Notes under the pieces: generated by a model
What the model saw: the letters and a program-made list of their open reading frames with translations, nothing else
What the model was told of the DNA's origin: nothing
Databases searched by the model: none
Position numbers and translations under genes: made by a program
Shown: in pieces, positions 58,675 through 64,000 of the stretch
How the letters are laid out: every line of letters begins with the position of its first letter
How positions within the stretch are numbered: the stretch's first letter is position 1
DNA from: Geobacteraceae bacterium
GTDB lineage: Bacteria; Desulfobacterota; Desulfuromonadia; Geobacterales; Geobacteraceae
Direction: 5' to 3'
Assembly: GCA_009773645.1 (NCBI GenBank)
Contig: WSYB01000009.1
Location: forward strand, 1,480-65,479
DNA length: 64,000 bases

Positions 58675-60300
58675 ATGAATATCCGGGAAAAGCTCAGCAC
58701 CATATTCCCCACGGCAGACGGGATACCCGCGGAATTCCTGATGCCGGCAACCGTCGAGCAGACAACCTGTCTGGTCAACGGCGAACTCCTTGAGTGGCGC
58801 GGCCCCATGGAGGAGGTCCTGTCGCCCGTCTGCACGGCGGGGCCTTCCGGCCCTTCCCGTCAGTTGATCGGGAGGTTTCCTCTCCTTTCGGAGAAGGAGG
58901 CGCTATCCGCCCTCGATGCAGCATGTGAAGCCTACGACTCCGGCAGGGGAAAGTGGCCGACCATGACCGTGGGGGAGAGGATCGCTTGCGTGCAGGAGTT
59001 TGCCTGGCGGATGAAGGCAAAGAGGAGCGAGGTGGTGAGGCTCCTCATGTGGGAGATCGGCAAATCGCTCAAGGACTCCGAAAAGGAGTTCGACCGGACG
59101 GTGGAATACATCGGGGACACCGTCGATGCGCTGAAGGAGCTGGACCGGGTTTCGTCCCGCTTTGTCATCGAACAGGGAATCATCGGGCAGATCCGCCGTG
59201 CCCCGCTCGGGGTTGCCCTCTGCATGGGGCCTTACAACTATCCACTGAACGAAACGTTTGCCACGCTGATCCCGGCGCTCATCATGGGGAATACGGTCAT
59301 CCTGAAGCCGCCGCGCCACGGAGTCCTTCTCTTTACCCCCCTCATCGAGGCGTTCCGTGACTCCTTCCCTCCCGGGGTGGTCAACACGGTCTACGGCGCA
59401 GGGCGAACGGTCATTCCCCCCCTCATGGCGTCAGGCCGTGTGGATGTCCTCGCCTTCATCGGCACGAGCAAGGCCGCGGACTTACTCCAGACGGCGCATC
59501 CCAAGCCGCACCGGCTCCGGTCGGTGCTGGGGCTGGAGGCGAAGAACCCCGCCATCGTCCTGCCGGACGCCGATCTTAACCTGGCGGTCGAGGAATGCAT
59601 CGCGGGGAGCCTGTCGTTTAACGGCCAGCGCTGCACCGCCATCAAGATCATCTTTGTCCATGCACGGGTTGCCGACGAATTCCTCGCGCTCTTTTCCCGG
59701 GCGATTTCCGCGCTCGGCTGCGGCATGCCGTGGGAGCCGGGGGTCGTGATTACCCCCCTGCCCGAACCGGGGAAGCAGGAGTACTTGGCGGGGCTCTTGG
59801 AGGACGCTGCAAAATTCGGCGGCCGGGTGGTCAACGAGGCGGGGGGAACGGTCAACTCCACGTTTTTCTTTCCCGCGCTGGTCTATCCGGTCAATGACCG
59901 GATGCGGCTCTACAGGGAAGAGCAGTTCGGCCCGGTTGTGCCGGTCCTCCCCTTCGAGGAGATCGAGACGCCGATAAACTATATTGTCGCATCCGACTAC
60001 GGGCAGCAGGTGAGCGTCTTCGGCCGGGACCCGCTCCTTTTGGCCGGGCTCATCGATCCCCTGGTCAACCAGGTGAGCCGCGTGAACATCAACAGCCAGT
60101 GCCAGCGCGGCCCCGACATCTTTCCGTTCACCGGCCGGAAGGATTCGGCGGTCGGGACACTGTCGGTCTCCGACGCCCTGCGCGCCTTTTCCATCCGGAC
60201 CCTGGTGGCGGCCAAGGAGACGGGCCTCAACAAGGAGATCATCACGCGCATCGTCCGGGAACGGAAGTCGAACTTCCTCTCCACCGACTTTATCCTCTGA
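58675..60300 (+). CDS. Aldehyde dehydrogenase family protein, GapN-like (non-phosphorylating NADP-dependent GAPDH type)
   Basis: GPYNYPLNE, LGLEAKNP (catalytic Glu) and FNGQRCTAIK (catalytic Cys). 541 aa, longer than the GapN proteins I know. Confidence 0.8.
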   Translation: MNIREKLSTIFPTADGIPAEFLMPATVEQTTCLVNGELLEWRGPMEEVLSPVCTAGPSGPSRQLIGRFPLLSEKEALSALDAACEAYDSGRGKWPTMTVGERIACVQEFAWRMKAKRSEVVRLLMWEIGKSLKDSEKEFDRTVEYIGDTVDALKELDRVSSRFVIEQGIIGQIRRAPLGVALCMGPYNYPLNETFATLIPALIMGNTVILKPPRHGVLLFTPLIEAFRDSFPPGVVNTVYGAGRTVIPPLMASGRVDVLAFIGTSKAADLLQTAHPKPHRLRSVLGLEAKNPAIVLPDADLNLAVEECIAGSLSFNGQRCTAIKIIFVHARVADEFLALFSRAISALGCGMPWEPGVVITPLPEPGKQEYLAGLLEDAAKFGGRVVNEAGGTVNSTFFFPALVYPVNDRMRLYREEQFGPVVPVLPFEEIETPINYIVASDYGQQVSVFGRDPLLLAGLIDPLVNQVSRVNINSQCQRGPDIFPFTGRKDSAVGTLSVSDALRAFSIRTLVAAKETGLNKEIITRIVRERKSNFLSTDFIL

Positions 60301-60312
60301 ATTCCCTTCATA

Positions 60313-60342
60313 ACAAAAAAGACAGGGCCGTTGCCGGCCCTG
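60313..60342 (-). terminator. Rho-independent terminator for the oxidase / PEP-CTERM operon (minus strand)
   Basis: Minus-strand reading: cagggccg-gcaa-cggccctg followed by tctttttt. Confidence 0.7.
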
Positions 60343-60368
60343 CCTTTGAACACCATCGGGTGAATCAC

Positions 60369-60923
60369 TCAAACCTTCTGGAATTTTCTCCTGAAGCCGT
60401 ACAGCCCGGCCAGCCCCGCCCCGAGAAGCAGGAAGGTGCCGGGCTCGGGGACGACTTCCACCCTGCCACTGGCGGCGACATCTACTAAGCCGGTGGCAGG
60501 GTCAAGGTCAAGCACCGTGCCCGTCAGATCGAGGGGGCTGATGCCGACGCCGATGCCGGTAAAGGAGAGGGTGGCAAGGGTGAACGCCCCATTTGTCAGC
60601 GCGGTGCCCAGGTCTAATGCGCCGTCGAAGGTCACCTGATCAGGGGTGTCCGCTGTCGGTGGATCGAAGCCGGTGATATAATTGGACAAAACCGGGTTGA
60701 ACAGCAGGTCGTTAAAACCCAGAATCGCCGGGGCAAAAGTGAGGGCAAAGTTAAACCCGAAAAGCGATTCAGTAGAGCCAACCGCCAGGTTCACGTCCAC
60801 CTGGGCGCTATCCCCGACCAGAATCGTCTGTGAAGCGGGAGTGAGAGAGACGCTGTACGCCATGGCCTGGCCGGCGAGGGCAAGGGAGCAGAGCAGGCTG
60901 AGCAGATAGACAAATTTCTTCAT
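60369..60923 (-). CDS. PEP-CTERM-anchored secreted protein with a cohesin-like beta-sandwich domain
   Basis: Signal peptide MKKFVYLLSLLCSLALAGQAMA. C-terminal VPEPGTFLLLGAGLAGLYGFRRK (PEP-CTERM). The body has a cohesin-like pattern: VGDSAQVDVNL...LFGFNFALTFAPAIL...GAFTLATLSFTGIGVG. Confidence 0.75.
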   Translation of the reverse strand: MKKFVYLLSLLCSLALAGQAMAYSVSLTPASQTILVGDSAQVDVNLAVGSTESLFGFNFALTFAPAILGFNDLLFNPVLSNYITGFDPPTADTPDQVTFDGALDLGTALTNGAFTLATLSFTGIGVGISPLDLTGTVLDLDPATGLVDVAASGRVEVVPEPGTFLLLGAGLAGLYGFRRKFQKV

Positions 60924-61025
60924 GTTGATCCTCCTTATTTCATTTGTTGAACGGAATTCATCCTTCGCACTTTCTACTCGGAAACGGCGGGCGCCCCGGT
61001 GTGAGGCGCCCGCCAGGCACGGCCG

Positions 61026-63542
61026 TTAAAGCGTATTTCTAACATTGAAAAAGAACCTGGCGTCGAGCAGGTCGACCTTTCCGTCATCGTTGAGATCGAA
61101 GCCGGGGTTACGGGGAGCCGGCTTGCGGATCTCTTTCAGGAGAATGATGTAATCCGCGTCGTTCACGGCCCCGTCCAGGTTGAAGTCGGGGAACGCGGGA
61201 TTAACCCGGACTACGTAGGGCCTCATCATCTCGTTGTCCTCATGCTCGACGATATGGCAGTGCCAGACGTAGAGACCGGGGATGTCGAACTTGGCCTTGA
61301 TCCGGGTGACCTCGCCCGGCAGAGAAACGACGGTGTCCTTGAATCCCGTCTCCCAGGGTTGCGGAGGCGCCGCTGGGGAGTTGGCATCGGCCTGGGGCAA
61401 GAAGGTAGCACCGGTGGGGTCCGTGGGGTCCAGTGCAAGGGGCTGGCGGCTGACCACCTGGAAGCGCACCAGGTGCAGATGGATCGGGTGTGCGTCCGCC
61501 GTCAGGTTGAAGAGCTCCCACTCCTCCGTGTCTCCCAGAATCGGTTTCTCCGTGACGGGGTCCATGAATTGCAGCGCGGTTGCCGCCCCTGCCGAAACCG
61601 TACCCAGGAGGGCCGCCCTGGGACCCATCGGCTCGCCGCCGGCCGCCGCGCAGTCGGCAGCGAAGTTCGGACCGGACGCGACGCCGGTGACCTGGGTGAT
61701 GCTGAGCAGGGTGGTGCCTGCGGCATCGAAGTTGAAGCTGACGCAGACCGTATGCGACCCGTCTTCGTTGAGGGAGAGCTGCCGCGTTTTTGGAGGGTTA
61801 TTAGGATCTACAATGTTGCCTTCAAAGGCGGTCGAGAGATCAAGGTTCCTTGGGAGAGTGGTGTTGGCGTCAGAGGGTTTCAGCAGCGCGCCGTTGACCA
61901 CGAACTCCATCACCTGGCCGGTAGTGTCGGGGTCGGCCGGGACGTCCGGGAAACCGCCGAAGGGGGTGTCAGGCGCGGTGTTGAGCATCCTCACTCTGAC
62001 CGTGCCGGCCGGGAGGTTCGAGAAATCGACGATGACGTCGGCCCTCTCCGCAAGCCCCATCAACAGGGCCGGGGCCGTGCCTGGCGCCGGGAATGTCGTG
62101 GGCAGTGCCGGTTCGGCAGCACCCGGTGTAAGCTGGACCTGCTCGCCGGACACGATCCGGACGACCTGCGGCAGGAAGCCCTGCTCGGCGCCGATCTGAT
62201 AGAAGGGGACCTCGCCCAGCGAACCGCCGTTGGCGCTAAAGGCCACCAGGCTCAGGTTGAGGAACCGGGAGTTGCAGCCGTTCAACAGCCGGAGCCGGTA
62301 ACGGGCTGGGGCCACTTCAAGCTTCGGCCAGGTGGTGCCGTTGACCACCATGGTATTGAAGAAGGCCTCCGGGTTCCAGATGGGGGAAATATCGCTGAGA
62401 ACGGTCGATGACACGCCAAAGTCGGCCAACTGGGGAATGAGCGGAATCTGGAGATCGGCCGGGGCCAGCCCCTCGAAGAAGGCCCGGTTGTCCGGGTAGA
62501 AGAGCGAGCCGTCGGCTTTGAAGGAGCGGTCCTGGATCGCGATCGGAATCTCGCGGATCGTGGTCCGGACGGCGGAATTGAAGTTGGGATCACCCCCACC
62601 TGCCTTTGGAGCGGGGCCGGGAAGCATGGCGGTGTTCCCGGTATTGTCCTTCACGTTGGCATCGCCGTTCGCCCCGCCCCGAACGAGCCAGAAGCCGGCC
62701 GGTCCGGCATAGACGTTGGAGCGCGTCATGCCCATGGCGTGGTCGTGATACCAGAGAGTGGTCGCGGGCTGTTTGTTTTCATAGCCGTAAAACGCGGACC
62801 CGGGGACGTTGTTGTTACGGTTGAACTGGTCGAACTTCGGACCCCGCTTGGCGAAGCCGGTCAGGTTGTTCGCGGCGGGGAGCCACCATGCCTCGGGGTA
62901 GCCGTCGCTCTCCGGGTTCACATGGGCGCCGTGCACATGGGTGACGATGGGGACCGGACCGGTGTAAGGCTTCTGGCATTCGACCGTGTTGTTCACGTTT
63001 GTGCAGTCGAGGTTCCCAGGGTTCGCCCAGTGGAGGGTCTGGTCCACGGGTAGCAGGTGGGGCAGGAAGTTACCGGTCACCGGGTCCTTCAGGTCGTTGA
63101 TCCACCTTACCTTGGTCAACAATCCCGAGGTGGCCTCCACGGTGAATGCCGGGTAGTTGAAGGATGTGTTCGGAGCCGGAGCAATTGCCGGCGCCTGGTC
63201 CTGCGCCCGGCCGTAACTCCAGATGGTGGTCGCCCCGAACGGGTCAGTCCGGCCGTTTAACGTATTCCATATCCCGCCGGGCAGGATCTGCTGCTTGAAC
63301 TGCCGGACCGCGATGTTGTAGTCGGCCGGGAGAGTGGGCTGGGGCTGGACGGTGCTCTTCGGCATCGGCGGCGGAATGACCAGCGGGGTCACGTACTTCG
63401 GGATAATGAGCGGGTCGAGCCCGTTAACCGGGTCGCCCGGCACAGGTGCAGCGGACGCGCCCTGCAAGTTCCCCTGCGCAAGCAGGAACAGTGCCGCTCC
63501 AACTGTGACGACTGCTTTTCTTAGCATGTTTCTTTCTGCCAT
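61026..63542 (-). CDS. Secreted multicopper oxidase (CotA/bilirubin-oxidase-like, OmpB-like) with a C-terminal dockerin module
   Basis: Cu sites HVHGAH, WYHDHAMG, HPIHLHL and HCHIVEHEDNEMM. C-terminal DFNLDGAVNDAD...DLNDDGKVDLLD forms two dockerin/EF-hand-like repeats. Start at 63542 with AGGAGG 9 nt upstream. Confidence 0.9.
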   Translation of the reverse strand: MAERNMLRKAVVTVGAALFLLAQGNLQGASAAPVPGDPVNGLDPLIIPKYVTPLVIPPPMPKSTVQPQPTLPADYNIAVRQFKQQILPGGIWNTLNGRTDPFGATTIWSYGRAQDQAPAIAPAPNTSFNYPAFTVEATSGLLTKVRWINDLKDPVTGNFLPHLLPVDQTLHWANPGNLDCTNVNNTVECQKPYTGPVPIVTHVHGAHVNPESDGYPEAWWLPAANNLTGFAKRGPKFDQFNRNNNVPGSAFYGYENKQPATTLWYHDHAMGMTRSNVYAGPAGFWLVRGGANGDANVKDNTGNTAMLPGPAPKAGGGDPNFNSAVRTTIREIPIAIQDRSFKADGSLFYPDNRAFFEGLAPADLQIPLIPQLADFGVSSTVLSDISPIWNPEAFFNTMVVNGTTWPKLEVAPARYRLRLLNGCNSRFLNLSLVAFSANGGSLGEVPFYQIGAEQGFLPQVVRIVSGEQVQLTPGAAEPALPTTFPAPGTAPALLMGLAERADVIVDFSNLPAGTVRVRMLNTAPDTPFGGFPDVPADPDTTGQVMEFVVNGALLKPSDANTTLPRNLDLSTAFEGNIVDPNNPPKTRQLSLNEDGSHTVCVSFNFDAAGTTLLSITQVTGVASGPNFAADCAAAGGEPMGPRAALLGTVSAGAATALQFMDPVTEKPILGDTEEWELFNLTADAHPIHLHLVRFQVVSRQPLALDPTDPTGATFLPQADANSPAAPPQPWETGFKDTVVSLPGEVTRIKAKFDIPGLYVWHCHIVEHEDNEMMRPYVVRVNPAFPDFNLDGAVNDADYIILLKEIRKPAPRNPGFDLNDDGKVDLLDARFFFNVRNTL

Positions 63543-63900
63543 GGCTTTTTTTCCTCCTTTCGAAAGTTTTCCGCAATCATCCATGATATGTTTTTTCATT
63601 ACCTGCCTGTAAATCCTGATTGATCTTTTTTTCTGTCTCTCTGTCTCCTTTCCTTTGGTTTTATAGTCCTGTTAAAAACAAAGTGGCCGGACATGCCATC
63701 AGGAAAAATCCTTCGGCAGCCCGGCCATCTTCCATTGCGAAGACCCGCGGCATTCCGCCTCCGCCTCACGACGGGTTCGGCCTTTCGGGATAATAAAGAG
63801 AAACCGACTTAATTTGTCTGATCCAGATAAAACCGACTCAAGACACTTCAACCCTATATTTCTTCTACTTGTGATGCTCTCGCAAATTCTCAAAAATAGT

Positions 63901-64000
63901 CCCCTCCCCCCTGGCGGGGGAGGGTCAGGGTGGGGGGAAAATTGCCACGATTTCAGCAGGTTGCAGCTTCACCCACCCCCTGACCCCCTCCCGTCGAGGG
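63901..64000. repeat. Roughly 100-bp G/C-tract palindromic element, copy 3 (runs to the window edge)
   Basis: cccctcccccctggcgggggagggtcagggtggggggaaaattgccacg...gttgcagcttcacccaccccctgaccccctcccgtcgaggg. Confidence 0.8.

Noticed and set aside
63699-63893. 64-aa ORF in the oxidase upstream region, and the small ORFs at 53459-53693 and 55922-56192
   Set aside because: These have no RBS and no recognisable features, and they overlap repeat or leader sequence. They are treated as non-coding.

Overview
A GC-rich 64-kb chromosomal window. Gene content (multihaem cytochromes with CX4CH motifs, a PEP-CTERM protein, an OmpB-like multicopper oxidase, dense G/C-tract palindromic repeats) suggests a Geobacteraceae / Desulfuromonadota genome; this is inference only. 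I call about 49 protein-coding genes. I see no rRNA, tRNA, CRISPR array, transposase or integrase. Left to right: an AT-rich junction with a RES-Xre toxin-antitoxin pair; DUF2064; folE2-queC-mlaDFE-lon on the minus strand; an ABC-F ATPase; rne with a long leader; an OMP; crcB-DUF190-ferredoxin. Then comes a 13-kb co-directional central-metabolism supercluster: sucA-sucB-(low-GC lipoprotein)-lpd-aconitase-pdhA-pdhB-E2-lipB. After it: a Lon-like protease, a small cytochrome c, a lipid kinase, a Cys-rich secreted miniprotein, GT2, REC-PilZ, a split chrA, and a prkA-yeaH-spoVR-prkA-like cluster. The right end holds a B12-radical SAM, PBP4, a radical SAM, a 951-aa cytochrome with about 22 haem motifs, HD-GYP, secreted proteins, an MBL hydrolase, a NosL-like protein, a GapN-like protein, and a multicopper oxidase with a C-terminal dockerin followed by a cohesin-like PEP-CTERM protein. 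The most unusual layer is non-coding. Several families of structured repeats fill almost every intercistronic gap, supply stop codons, and in three places sit inside coding linkers: hairpins built from degenerate 7-8-mer tandem units, TGTAGGGGC palindromes, CCCCCTTT..AAAGGGGG multi-hairpins and a roughly 100-bp G-tract palindrome. Other notable points are an apparent 10-residue in-frame gap in PDH E1-beta, heptanucleotide microsatellites in the sucB E3-binding region, and a possible cohesin-dockerin tether for the oxidase. All calls rest on reading the ORF translations and the DNA by eye; no searches were run.
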